In this document: piece after piece, positions 28,450 through 37,767 of the stretch
Layout of the letters: each line of letters starts with the position of its first letter
How positions within the stretch are numbered: position 1 is the stretch's first letter
Source: a virus
Lineage: Duplodnaviria > Caudoviricetes
IMG/VR virus record: IMGVR_UViG_3300031140_000003
Span: 1 to 63,464 of that record
Direction: 5' to 3' (one strand)
DNA length: 63,464 nt
Notes under the pieces: generated by a model
Database searches by the model: none
The model's input: the letters and a program-made list of their open reading frames with translations, nothing else
Told to the model about the DNA's origin: nothing
Made by a program: the position numbers and the translations under genes

Positions 28450-29628
28450 ATGTCAGATTTCAAAAAAATAAAAGATTTTCAGAAAAGTAGCAGTAGAGGG
28501 AAATACACTCAGTATCAAGATCCTACTTACTTATCATTTCTGTTGCTATTTGATTTTTCAGATAGTGCAAACTCACCTTTTCTAGCTAAACCCGCTGAGG
28601 ATTTTCTAGCGAAATTAGCGGAAGATGATGAATACTATAAAGAAAAATTAGAAGCGCTTAAGAACTTTAAAAAAGCACTTAAGATTATTAATAATGAGAT
28701 GCCATGGTATTGGCAAAGTCTTTCAGGACTTGAAAAAATCCAACAATATGATCCACTTAATGGATATAGAGGGGGAGAAGATTCTAAATTAATTATAACA
28801 ACACTAGAATCTATAAACTTGACAGTCTCTGGTTTAATGCACTTATATCGTAAAGCCGTGTTTGATGAAAACAGATGGAGTTACGTTTTACCTGCAAATT
28901 TACGTAAATTTAGAATGTATACTTATGTTACTGAAGTTAGATCTATAAAAAACATGACATCTCCTAAAATAGGTGGATTAGATTTAAAAGGATTTCCTAG
29001 TAACTTTAAACCGAGTATTGGTATTGAGAATAGTAATTCAGGAATATCTGGTACTGAGGGAAGGCCTTATTTTATGTTTGCTCTTAAATTTTGTGAATTT
29101 GATTTAGATTCAGGGACAACTATATTTGCAGACTTACAGAAGTCGCCAACTGACCCTGCTGCTGGTGAAATATCTATTTCATATGAAGGATTACATGATA
29201 TTGAAGCTAGGGTATTGAATGGGATAATCACATCGGAATATAATGAAAACGATTTAGCCCCTGCACCTGATCTAGAGAATAAAAAGACTGACGGAATAGG
29301 TGATTGGTTAAAGGATAAGGCAGTTGAAAAAGGAGCAGCTTTTGCGGATCGAGCTATTACAGATTTAAAAAACACAGCACTTAATAAGGTTAATGAGTTG
29401 AAACAAAAAGCTAAGGATGCTACTGTTGGTAGAGCGAATGCCGCAGTTAACAACCTTTATAAGGATTTTGTAAAAGGCATAGATTCAGTAGCTAACCCTG
29501 CTGCAAACGCTAGCAATATACAAACAGCAATAACAGACAATATACACGGACTTACAGGTAATAGTACCACTATTTCTGGGGCATTAAATTCAGCCGCATC
29601 AAATTCACTTGGCAATATACACAACTAA
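28450..29628 (+). CDS. Structural protein, possibly tail-tube/baseplate junction
   Basis: Positional; long ORF in the baseplate cluster. Confidence 0.45.
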   Translation: MSDFKKIKDFQKSSSRGKYTQYQDPTYLSFLLLFDFSDSANSPFLAKPAEDFLAKLAEDDEYYKEKLEALKNFKKALKIINNEMPWYWQSLSGLEKIQQYDPLNGYRGGEDSKLIITTLESINLTVSGLMHLYRKAVFDENRWSYVLPANLRKFRMYTYVTEVRSIKNMTSPKIGGLDLKGFPSNFKPSIGIENSNSGISGTEGRPYFMFALKFCEFDLDSGTTIFADLQKSPTDPAAGEISISYEGLHDIEARVLNGIITSEYNENDLAPAPDLENKKTDGIGDWLKDKAVEKGAAFADRAITDLKNTALNKVNELKQKAKDATVGRANAAVNNLYKDFVKGIDSVANPAANASNIQTAITDNIHGLTGNSTTISGALNSAASNSLGNIHN

Positions 29629-30347
29629 TGGCAACAGATAAAGAATTAGAAAAAGACAATATCAGGGAAACTCACTGGTTAGGGGAAGTTGTTGATAACA
29701 TAGATCCGGCAAACTTAAGTAGATGTAGGGTAAAGGTGTATGGTAAGTTTGATTTATTAGAAACTGAATCTATACCATGGGCAACTGCTATGAATAGGGA
29801 TTTTGTAGGTTCTCATAACGTTCCGAGGATTGGAGATATTGTAGCTGTTCGTTTTGATAACGGTAACATATACCATCCAGAGTATTGGTTTCAAATTAAT
29901 CAGAACAAAGAATTAAAAGAAGATATATTAGATACTTCAGAATTACCCCATGATGTTATTAGTTTAGTATATGATGCAGACAGGAACGTTAGAATATACC
30001 ACTCACCCGAAGATGGTTTAGTAATTACTAGAGGAACCGGAGCAAAGGAACGACCTTTAATACAAATTGATGAGGCGGGAATGATTAAGATATCTACAGA
30101 TGAGAAGATATTTTTAGATTCTGGGAATATATTCTTAAGTAATACCGGAGAGGGAAGTGAAGACGAAACAGAGCCCGTTGTTAGGGGATTATCCTTGGAG
30201 ACTTGGTTAAACAAATTATTAGATGATTACAAATCACATATGCATCCGACACCACAGGGACCTACTGGGGCACCTATTGGAATAACACCAACAATTGTTT
30301 CAAGTCTTAAGAGAAAACATATAGACTATCAACAAAAAAATAAATAA
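29628..30347 (+). CDS. Baseplate central spike (gp5/gpV OB-fold)
   Basis: WLGEVVDNIDP..L.RCRVKVYG...PWA...VPRIGD.V.V.F.NG; C-terminal HxH (HMHP). Confidence 0.85.
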   Translation: MATDKELEKDNIRETHWLGEVVDNIDPANLSRCRVKVYGKFDLLETESIPWATAMNRDFVGSHNVPRIGDIVAVRFDNGNIYHPEYWFQINQNKELKEDILDTSELPHDVISLVYDADRNVRIYHSPEDGLVITRGTGAKERPLIQIDEAGMIKISTDEKIFLDSGNIFLSNTGEGSEDETEPVVRGLSLETWLNKLLDDYKSHMHPTPQGPTGAPIGITPTIVSSLKRKHIDYQQKNK

Positions 30348-30349
30348 TT

Positions 30350-30898
30350 ATGGCATCATTAGTAGAAGTTGAAGCAGCCTTAGAAAAATTATCAGAGGGA
30401 GGTCCCGTTTCATTAGGAATAATACCTGTTATTAATAATATTGTAGAAATTCAAGTTAAATCTATGGAAGCTGCTATAGAAGAAGCAGCAGATGATATTG
30501 ACCAAGCTAAAATAGATATAGCAGCTATGAAGGTTCAAATGAAAGAATATTTGAATACAGCTGATGCAAAGGCAGCAATAAAGGCGGAAATTGATAGTAT
30601 AAAGGCATCTGCAAAAGCGGCTCATTTATCGATAATGGAAATGCCAAAAAGCATCGCAAATATGATTGCTGAAAATGTAGTTCCACCTATGATAACAGTC
30701 CCACCGGCTCCTGCGAATCCTGCAACAATGGCATTGAAGGTTTTAAAGGCAAGATCTGATTTTAAAACTTTAATAGAAAGCATAGGTAAAATATTAGCTG
30801 ATTTATTTAAGTCAGCTCTTAAAATCAAGTTTGAATTACCGGACGCTATTGTCGAAATGGTAAATACTCTTGCAGCGATAAAGAACACAGTCCCATAG
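30350..30898 (+). CDS. Hypothetical helical protein
   Basis: ORF track. Confidence 0.65.
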   Translation: MASLVEVEAALEKLSEGGPVSLGIIPVINNIVEIQVKSMEAAIEEAADDIDQAKIDIAAMKVQMKEYLNTADAKAAIKAEIDSIKASAKAAHLSIMEMPKSIANMIAENVVPPMITVPPAPANPATMALKVLKARSDFKTLIESIGKILADLFKSALKIKFELPDAIVEMVNTLAAIKNTVP

Positions 30899-30960
30899 TA
30901 TACCGATAAAACACGTATATATAATAAAACAATAATTACTAACTACTTAAATAAAAAACA

Positions 30961-32229
30961 ATGTCAGAAGACGTTAAAACAAAGAGATTAAGAATGGTTG
31001 ACAATCAACCTGAAACTCAAACAATTAAAAAAACCGCAGATAAACTTGCATATCTAGAAAACCAGAATGTTGCCCCGGAATTATTCGATTGGGACGCGCA
31101 TGAAGCAGGTTGCCCTTCTAGATCAAAGAAATTTAATACCAAGCTTAAAAACATGGGAGGACATAATGTCTATTCGCATGAACCATATGCTCAAGACTTT
31201 TTAGACTTGTTAAATGGATATGAAAGCACTAAACAACCTCAGATGCAAATCGAAGTTGGGCAGATATATACAGGTACTATTTATAGTATAAACCAGGAAT
31301 GGGTCTCTGTTGATGTTGGTTATCGTGAAAACGTATATGTTAATGTCTTGAAAGAAGATGTTAGCGTTAGAGATCAGTTTGTCGCAAATGCTGAAGTAAA
31401 GATTCAAGTTCTTCAGATGGGAGATACTAAAGGATATGTATTAGGATCTATTAGTGCAGGGATTAAATCAGCAGTAGCGGCTGAAATAATGGAATCTATC
31501 GAAGGAGCAAACACAGGTTATATGGGAACAGTATCTCAAATGATCCCAGGCGGAGGTTACATTGTTAGTATTCAAGGAATAGAATGCTTTATGCCAGGTT
31601 CTCTTGCTGGAATTAATAAATTAGTAGATTTTGAATCTATTGTAGGAACTGACATGTATGTTGTTCCAGTTAGTTTCTCAGAAAAGAGAGGAACTATTGT
31701 AGTATCTCATAGAGAATACTTAAAAGCAATGATCCCTACTAGAATTGAGGAATTAAAAGAAAATCCTAATCAGGAAATAACTGGAAACGTAACAGGTTCT
31801 GCTAAATACGGAATCTTTGTAGAATTTAATGAGTGTTTAACTGGTATGATTCATGTGAATGATCTAACACCAGAGATATTAAATGCGCATAAAGCAAGAG
31901 AAGTTAAACCGGGAGATGAAATAAACTTCAAAATCAAAGAGGTTGTTTCTCATGAGAAAATTATCTTAACACAAGTTGATGCAAAACCAGTAGTTGATCT
32001 ATGGGACGGAATCACTGACAGAATCAAAACCCCGAGTGAGGTTGTTGGAACTGTAAAAGCTGTAAAAGATTACGGAATCTTTGTAGATATTGAAAAGGGA
32101 GTTGCTGGATTATTGCATATTTCTGAACTTGTCGATATTGATTTAGAAGATATTAAATCAGGAGATCAAATAACAGTACAAGTTACTAGAATTGATGCTG
32201 AAACTAGAAAGATCTTTTTAAAGATCTAA
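30961..32229 (+). CDS. rpsA: Ribosomal protein bS1-like (about four S1 domains)
   Basis: VDVGY, FMPGS, IVVSHR, YGIFVEF...GMIH, DYGIFVDI..GV.GLLHISE; N-terminal FDWD. Confidence 0.85.
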   Translation: MSEDVKTKRLRMVDNQPETQTIKKTADKLAYLENQNVAPELFDWDAHEAGCPSRSKKFNTKLKNMGGHNVYSHEPYAQDFLDLLNGYESTKQPQMQIEVGQIYTGTIYSINQEWVSVDVGYRENVYVNVLKEDVSVRDQFVANAEVKIQVLQMGDTKGYVLGSISAGIKSAVAAEIMESIEGANTGYMGTVSQMIPGGGYIVSIQGIECFMPGSLAGINKLVDFESIVGTDMYVVPVSFSEKRGTIVVSHREYLKAMIPTRIEELKENPNQEITGNVTGSAKYGIFVEFNECLTGMIHVNDLTPEILNAHKAREVKPGDEINFKIKEVVSHEKIILTQVDAKPVVDLWDGITDRIKTPSEVVGTVKAVKDYGIFVDIEKGVAGLLHISELVDIDLEDIKSGDQITVQVTRIDAETRKIFLKI

Positions 32230-32252
32230 TAAGTATACATATTTTTATAGAA

Positions 32253-32288
32253 AAGAGCCCTCTCATTATGTTAGGGCTCTTCTTGTTT
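32253..32288 (+). terminator. Rho-independent terminator
   Basis: AAGAGCCCT...AGGGCTCTT stem followed by a T-rich tract. Confidence 0.75.
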
Positions 32289-32305
32289 ATATTCATTATA
32301 AATAG
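32283..32305. promoter_or_regulatory. Second 7-1-7 operator-like dyad
   Basis: TTATATT-C-ATTATAA. Confidence 0.4.
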
Positions 32306-32335
32306 GATGTTTTTATGAAAATAAGTGCTCTAAAG

Positions 32336-32383
32336 TTTTTTTATATGACATAAAAGTGTTATATTTACTTATAACTAATAAAC
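32336..32383 (+). promoter_or_regulatory. Conserved putative early promoter, copy 4
   Basis: TTTTTTTATATGACATAAAAGTGTTATATTTACTTATAACTAATAAAC. Confidence 0.75.
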
Positions 32384-32391
32384 TAAAATAT

Positions 32392-32748
32392 ATGTCAACA
32401 GAATTTAAAAAATTAAACTTTAAAAAAACAGCATGGGGAACATTTAACGCTGCTCGCTCTTTCGATAATGGATTGATATTGAGTGTATCGTGTGGTAAGG
32501 GAATATACAGTACCCCTAGAGAGAACATGGATTCAGAAAAAGATTTCTCTTCTTTCGAGATTGCGATATTCCATGAGGATCATTCACAATTTCTCACTTC
32601 AATATTAGATAATCACGAAGATGATGTTATTGGATGGGTATGTCGAGATGATATTGATGATATTATTAAATTGATAAGTAACATATCTGATAAAGAAGTA
32701 TTGGATTTTATAAATAATAGTGAAATATTTAAAGCACATAAAATATGA
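32392..32748 (+). CDS. Hypothetical protein (start moved to ATG 32392)
   Basis: The track's GTG start lies inside the promoter; F.NG...SV..G...Y, FEIAI, DVIGW. Confidence 0.7.
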   Translation: MSTEFKKLNFKKTAWGTFNAARSFDNGLILSVSCGKGIYSTPRENMDSEKDFSSFEIAIFHEDHSQFLTSILDNHEDDVIGWVCRDDIDDIIKLISNISDKEVLDFINNSEIFKAHKI

Positions 32749-32867
32749 TTGAAGTATTAGAATGGATTTTTGCAAGTGGTTGGAGATTCTTAGGGGTTGT
32801 CGTTTTAATAAACGTATCAGGAGCCGCTATAAAAGGCATAATAACAATAAACAGAGATAATGATTAG
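32745..32867 (+). CDS. 40-aa hydrophobic peptide, missing from the track
   Basis: MIEVLEWIFASGWRFLGVVVLINVSGAAIKGIITINRDND; overlaps both neighbours. Confidence 0.55.
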   Translation: MIEVLEWIFASGWRFLGVVVLINVSGAAIKGIITINRDND

Positions 32868-33084
32868 AAAGAAAATACACAAGCATCAAGACACTCCGAT
32901 AGTTATAGATTTAACAGGTCCTGATGGAAATGCGTTTGCATTACTTGGATTTGCTAAAAGGTTCTGTATGCAATTAGATAAACCATATGAGGAATTACTT
33001 GAGCAAATGACAAGTGGAGATTACGAGAACTTAATTAAAGTATTCGATGATGCATTCGGTGATTTTGTTATATTAGAAAGATAG
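32860..33084 (+). CDS. Conserved-looking small phage protein
   Basis: IDLTGPDGNAFALLG...SGDYENL. Confidence 0.7.
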   Translation: MIRKKIHKHQDTPIVIDLTGPDGNAFALLGFAKRFCMQLDKPYEELLEQMTSGDYENLIKVFDDAFGDFVILER

Positions 33085-33148
33085 TTTCAATATTATCATA
33101 ATATAACTTGAATATATAAACTAACTTAAGTTTAACATATATTCGAGA

Positions 33149-34441
33149 ATGAACACATTTAACGACTCAGAAGTACTGAAAAATTGCCTTGTCGGCGTAG
33201 AATTCGAGTTCTATTCAAATCTACCAATTGATAAAACAGCAAAAGAACTTGCGACTTTATTAAACAAAAAGATTAGAGTAGAGAAAAAAGCGCACAGTGA
33301 CTTTGAAGTTACTTCCGACGAGTTTAAAATAGAACCAGATATGAGTGGTGGGGAAAAGCTAATGGAGCTTGTTACCGGGCCACAAGAATATTATTCTGCA
33401 AGATTAATGATTATCAATGTTTGTAAATGGATCGAAGAAAACGGTTACACAAACGATAGATCATCAATTCACTTGAACTTATCATTTGATAAAAACAAAA
33501 TAGAAGATAAGTACCGCATCTCTAAAATGAATGTACTTAAATTTATACTTGACTTTAAAGAAGATCAAGTATTTAAATTCTTTCCAGAAAGAAAAGATTC
33601 AGCGTATGCTAAATCTGTCAAATTTGTCTTACCAAAAACAGGCATGAGTTTCTTTAACGGAGAACATATACACTCACAGAACTTCATATATCCTGATTCA
33701 AAATACTACGGAATCAATTTTGATAAAAGACATAAGAACTATTTAGAGTTCAGATATATTGGTGGAGAAGATTGGGAAAAGAAAACTTCAACAATACTAC
33801 ACATGCTAGATCAATTCCTAATGCAACTTTGGAATTCGACTGGAGATAAACATTTCACGCCACTTAATGCTTTAGAATTAAAGAGAATACTTTCTGAGAA
33901 CCAGAGAATTATAGATTCTAGGAAAGATTGGAGATTTATAGAGAAGGAATGGAATGATGTACAATTCACAGTTGACTTAACAAAGAATCCTCAAATATTA
34001 GATTTACATTGGGTTAATATCAAGGAAAGAGTAATGAAACTATTCACGCATGGAACTTTAGTCAAAGGACATATAAATTATGATACTGATACAGGTAAAG
34101 TACAGGTACAGGATGGGGAGCTAAGATATTGCGTAGAACTAGAAAGATATGATTTTATAAATTGTCACATTAGAGGGGAATTGCTCCACTGTGATTTATT
34201 TAGATGTGAAATTGAGGGATCTGATTTACAATACTGTAGTTTTTATGATAACTGTGAAGTTAACTCTTCAAAAATCAAAAGTAGCTATATTCACCAAAGC
34301 GTCACAGTAAAAGATGGTTATATATATGGTGATGGAATATTAAAAGGTTCAATGATAGGTGGAATCTTTAGAGAAGGAAGATATGACTTAGAGCAAGCAA
34401 GATTTAAAGATACTGAAAAGATCTTATATAAAGAAGTTTAA
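33149..34441 (+). CDS. Putative amidoligase (COOH-NH2 ligase-like) with C-terminal beta-helix-like tail
   Basis: GVEFEF, EPDMS, ELVT, SSIHLNLS, KYYGINF, LEFRYIGG. Confidence 0.7.
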   Translation: MNTFNDSEVLKNCLVGVEFEFYSNLPIDKTAKELATLLNKKIRVEKKAHSDFEVTSDEFKIEPDMSGGEKLMELVTGPQEYYSARLMIINVCKWIEENGYTNDRSSIHLNLSFDKNKIEDKYRISKMNVLKFILDFKEDQVFKFFPERKDSAYAKSVKFVLPKTGMSFFNGEHIHSQNFIYPDSKYYGINFDKRHKNYLEFRYIGGEDWEKKTSTILHMLDQFLMQLWNSTGDKHFTPLNALELKRILSENQRIIDSRKDWRFIEKEWNDVQFTVDLTKNPQILDLHWVNIKERVMKLFTHGTLVKGHINYDTDTGKVQVQDGELRYCVELERYDFINCHIRGELLHCDLFRCEIEGSDLQYCSFYDNCEVNSSKIKSSYIHQSVTVKDGYIYGDGILKGSMIGGIFREGRYDLEQARFKDTEKILYKEV

Positions 34442-34456
34442 AAATAATAATAAAAA

Positions 34457-35287
34457 ATGAGTAATATATTTGTAGGCAAAGAAGAATGGTTAAGTAATCC
34501 ACAATTTGGTAGTGACTGTTTTAATGAATTCGTTTCAGAATTAGCTGAGGATGTTACAGGGTCTTGTATGATTCCGATGAATTTACCAAAAAAAGAAGTT
34601 CAAAACATCGTTAAAAGAGCAAAGAAATGGTTTTATAAAAACTACGAGTATTCGGTTAAAGAAAGCTTGGTTGTATTACCAGTCGCTTTATTTTCTTCTG
34701 AATATTTCAAAGCAAATAGATCTATCACACTACCAGGACCTGATGTAACCACAGGAGGAAATGAAATCTATTCCGTATATGGATGTGCAGAAACTGGATC
34801 AAGATGGGGAGGATCATCAGACGTTAATTTCTCTCAAGGAGATTTTTCAACAGAAAGAATGATGATGCAGGGAATGTCTGGAGGAGCTTCAACAGCAGCA
34901 GGCGCAGAAAACTTACAAGCATATGTTATTAATGAAAGTTTCTATGATCTTGCGAGACAGATTATAGAAAACCCAATTAGTTTTCAATATAGTCAATTAA
35001 CACATGAATTAAAATTCACGGGAGGAACTCCGGTTAAGAATGTTATATTAGAAGTTTATGAAACGATTCCTGAATGTGCGTTATTTAGTGATGAAGCATT
35101 TTTTAGATATTGTGCTGCTAAAATCAAAATATCATTAGGGCAGAAATTAGGTATCTTCGGATTTACATTACCTGGAAATGTTACAGTAAACGCAGATCTT
35201 ATTCAAGGAATGGGAGAGGGAGAATTAGAAGCAGTTATTGAAGAAATAAAGAGTGATGAAGGAACCGATTGGATGATGCATTCTTAA
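34457..35287 (+). CDS. Neck/head-tail adaptor, T4 gp13-like
   Basis: RY..A..K...G..L..F...LPG.VT.N. Confidence 0.7.
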   Translation: MSNIFVGKEEWLSNPQFGSDCFNEFVSELAEDVTGSCMIPMNLPKKEVQNIVKRAKKWFYKNYEYSVKESLVVLPVALFSSEYFKANRSITLPGPDVTTGGNEIYSVYGCAETGSRWGGSSDVNFSQGDFSTERMMMQGMSGGASTAAGAENLQAYVINESFYDLARQIIENPISFQYSQLTHELKFTGGTPVKNVILEVYETIPECALFSDEAFFRYCAAKIKISLGQKLGIFGFTLPGNVTVNADLIQGMGEGELEAVIEEIKSDEGTDWMMHS

Positions 35288-35303
35288 ACGAATATATAAT
35301 TAT

Positions 35304-35657
35304 ATGGAATTTTACATTAAAGATATAGGTGAACCTAACTATAAACCAGATGCTATACAACAAGATGCTGAACTAGGAATGCTATTGACTCAGATCGAGA
35401 CCATGCTTTTTACTAGAAAGGGTGAAGTATTAGGATCTCCTGATTTTGGAGCAAACCTAGAAGATCATGTATATGAATTAAGGTATAATGATTACCAATT
35501 AAAAAAAATAATAGACGAACAGTTGAATGCATATGTGCCTTTGTCTAGAAAATATAACGTAAATGTTACTGTTGAAGTTGTTGAAGATACAACGCACCAT
35601 GTAATGTTCTTAGATATTACCGTAGATTCTAGATTTCAACTAGGAGTTTACATATAA
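35304..35657 (+). CDS. Baseplate wedge protein, gp25-like
   Basis: LFTRKGEVLG.PDFGANLED..YE. Confidence 0.8.
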   Translation: MEFYIKDIGEPNYKPDAIQQDAELGMLLTQIETMLFTRKGEVLGSPDFGANLEDHVYELRYNDYQLKKIIDEQLNAYVPLSRKYNVNVTVEVVEDTTHHVMFLDITVDSRFQLGVYI

Positions 35658-35674
35658 AATTATAAAAACAAACA

Positions 35675-37495
35675 ATGGCTGAATTTAAATTTTTAAATAC
35701 AACTAGAATCAAAGCAAATGAAATGATCTCCGATACGAGGTCATATATTTCTCGTATATATGGTAGAACCAACGAGTTATTTACAACTGCTTCGCCGTTC
35801 TCGCAAATACTAGATGTATTATCTGAAATTACTAAACTGATTTTCTTCTATATAGAAGATTCAACAGTAGAACAAAACATATTAACCGCACAGAATCCAG
35901 AATCTATATATGGATTAGCTAGATTAGCCGGTCATGATTCTTTTAGAGGAGCAAGTGCATATGGTGAAATAAAACTAAGATTAAATACGTCAGCAAGTGC
36001 TGATATTTCAGGAGATGCTCTTAATATATCTAAGAATTCAGTAATTAAGTGTACTTCTAACGGGTTAGAATATATTCTTAAAACCAACAATGATCAATTT
36101 AGAATTGAAAAAAGTAATTCTGAGTATATTTATATACCAATAACACAAGGTAAAATAGAATCACAGACAGTTACTTCTCTTGGTGAAAAATTACAGTCTT
36201 TTAATATAGTTGTAAAGGGTAACACAGATCATCACTCGCCTAGAGTTAGTGTTAATAGCGAACTATGGACTAAATTTGATTCATTATATGATATGAAGGT
36301 TGGAACTAAAGGATATTTAGTTAAAACTGGAATTAATGGAGGTTTAGATATTTATTTTGGTAATGGTTCTTTTGGAATGATTCCATCAACAGGAGCTTCT
36401 ATCAATATAGAATACTTAGTAACTGATGGATCTAATGGTAATTTAACGGGTTCTAAAGATCTTACGTTTAAATTCATAACTCCTGGTTTCGATTCAATCG
36501 GAGAGGAATATGATTTAAACGAGTTATTAGAATCATCATTTACATCTGCCCCTAAAATGGGAGCAAACCCAGAAGACGTTAAATTAACAAAATTAATAGC
36601 ACCTCTACAATCTCATTCATTTGTATTAGCGAATCCAAATTCATATGAACACTTTCTTTCAAGATATGGAATGTTCTCTTATTTAGATGCATATAATACA
36701 ACAGATGATGGATTTATAGATGATGATAACGTGATATACTTATTCATGTTACCTGATACCGCGAGGAAATTAACAAAGAATAAAGATTATTTTAATTTAG
36801 GATTAGATGAATTCTTTTTCTCAAGTGATGAAAAGAATGGATTCTTATCTTTATTAGAAAATAGTGGCCAGCAAATGGTTACCACTGAAGTTAAAATAGT
36901 AGATCCAATAGTTCAATATTTTAGAATGGATGTAAAACTTAGATATTTCGAAGGATATAATAAAGCAACCCTTTATTCTGAAGTTCGTGCTAAGATTTCA
37001 GAGTATCTAATTAATATAACTAGAAGAGATCGTTTACCTAAATCAGATATTATAGCGGTATTAGAGAACATCGAGGGGATTGATTCTGTAAATGTTAGAT
37101 TTATATCTAAAATGGAGGAAGATGCACGTAGGTTAGGATATTACATTCTAGAGAAAGTTAAGGTTACACCTTCTACTCCAGTGTTAGAAAATATTGGAAA
37201 CGGTAAATCTAAATATGTTTTCTTTAAAAGAACAGTTACTCAGCAAAAGGTGAAATTTGAACCGGGAGCTGCTTTACCAGAAGAAGTTATTAATTTAGAT
37301 TCTTTCGGAGATATATTATTAGGTAGAGAAGAAATTGCATTATTCAGAGGAGGTTGGCTAGATAGAGATAATGTTTCAGTTCTAGACGATGCTAAGCTTG
37401 GAGAGCAAGGAGCTCTTTCAATTTACTTTGATGAACCTGCAGTACCAAATACTATCTTTTCTAAAATACAAGCTAAAAATAGAAAAGCGTTATAA
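35675..37495 (+). CDS. Baseplate wedge protein, gp6-like
   Basis: TAQ...SIY.LA...G, IYFGNG.FG.IP..GA.I..EYL..DG..GN. Confidence 0.8.
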   Translation: MAEFKFLNTTRIKANEMISDTRSYISRIYGRTNELFTTASPFSQILDVLSEITKLIFFYIEDSTVEQNILTAQNPESIYGLARLAGHDSFRGASAYGEIKLRLNTSASADISGDALNISKNSVIKCTSNGLEYILKTNNDQFRIEKSNSEYIYIPITQGKIESQTVTSLGEKLQSFNIVVKGNTDHHSPRVSVNSELWTKFDSLYDMKVGTKGYLVKTGINGGLDIYFGNGSFGMIPSTGASINIEYLVTDGSNGNLTGSKDLTFKFITPGFDSIGEEYDLNELLESSFTSAPKMGANPEDVKLTKLIAPLQSHSFVLANPNSYEHFLSRYGMFSYLDAYNTTDDGFIDDDNVIYLFMLPDTARKLTKNKDYFNLGLDEFFFSSDEKNGFLSLLENSGQQMVTTEVKIVDPIVQYFRMDVKLRYFEGYNKATLYSEVRAKISEYLINITRRDRLPKSDIIAVLENIEGIDSVNVRFISKMEEDARRLGYYILEKVKVTPSTPVLENIGNGKSKYVFFKRTVTQQKVKFEPGAALPEEVINLDSFGDILLGREEIALFRGGWLDRDNVSVLDDAKLGEQGALSIYFDEPAVPNTIFSKIQAKNRKAL

Positions 37496-37767
37496 TGGCA
37501 TCATTAATACAAAATTTATTTAAGAGTAGACAAAAGAGAACATATAGTGTTCGAGAAACAATAGTGGACGATCGTAAGAACAAAGGTAACGATTATACGA
37601 ACAATGTTTTAAAGAATTCAATGTCTCCTTATGTTTATAGAAATGCTAGAATGAACGATTTCGTAATTTTAATCCAGAAAGTGATATCAGATCTTATTGA
37701 TTCGGTAACATTTTTAAAGGGATATAAATCATACACAACAAAAAAAGACTATAAAAACTTTAGATAA
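37495..37767 (+). CDS. Hypothetical protein
   Basis: Translationally coupled (TAATG) on both sides. Confidence 0.65.
   Translation: MASLIQNLFKSRQKRTYSVRETIVDDRKNKGNDYTNNVLKNSMSPYVYRNARMNDFVILIQKVISDLIDSVTFLKGYKSYTTKKDYKNFR

Noticed and set aside
14328-32391. Shared N-terminus MLYLLITNK on ORFs 14328 and 32356
   Set aside because: Artefact of GTG starts called inside the conserved promoter; the true ATGs are 14364 and 32392.
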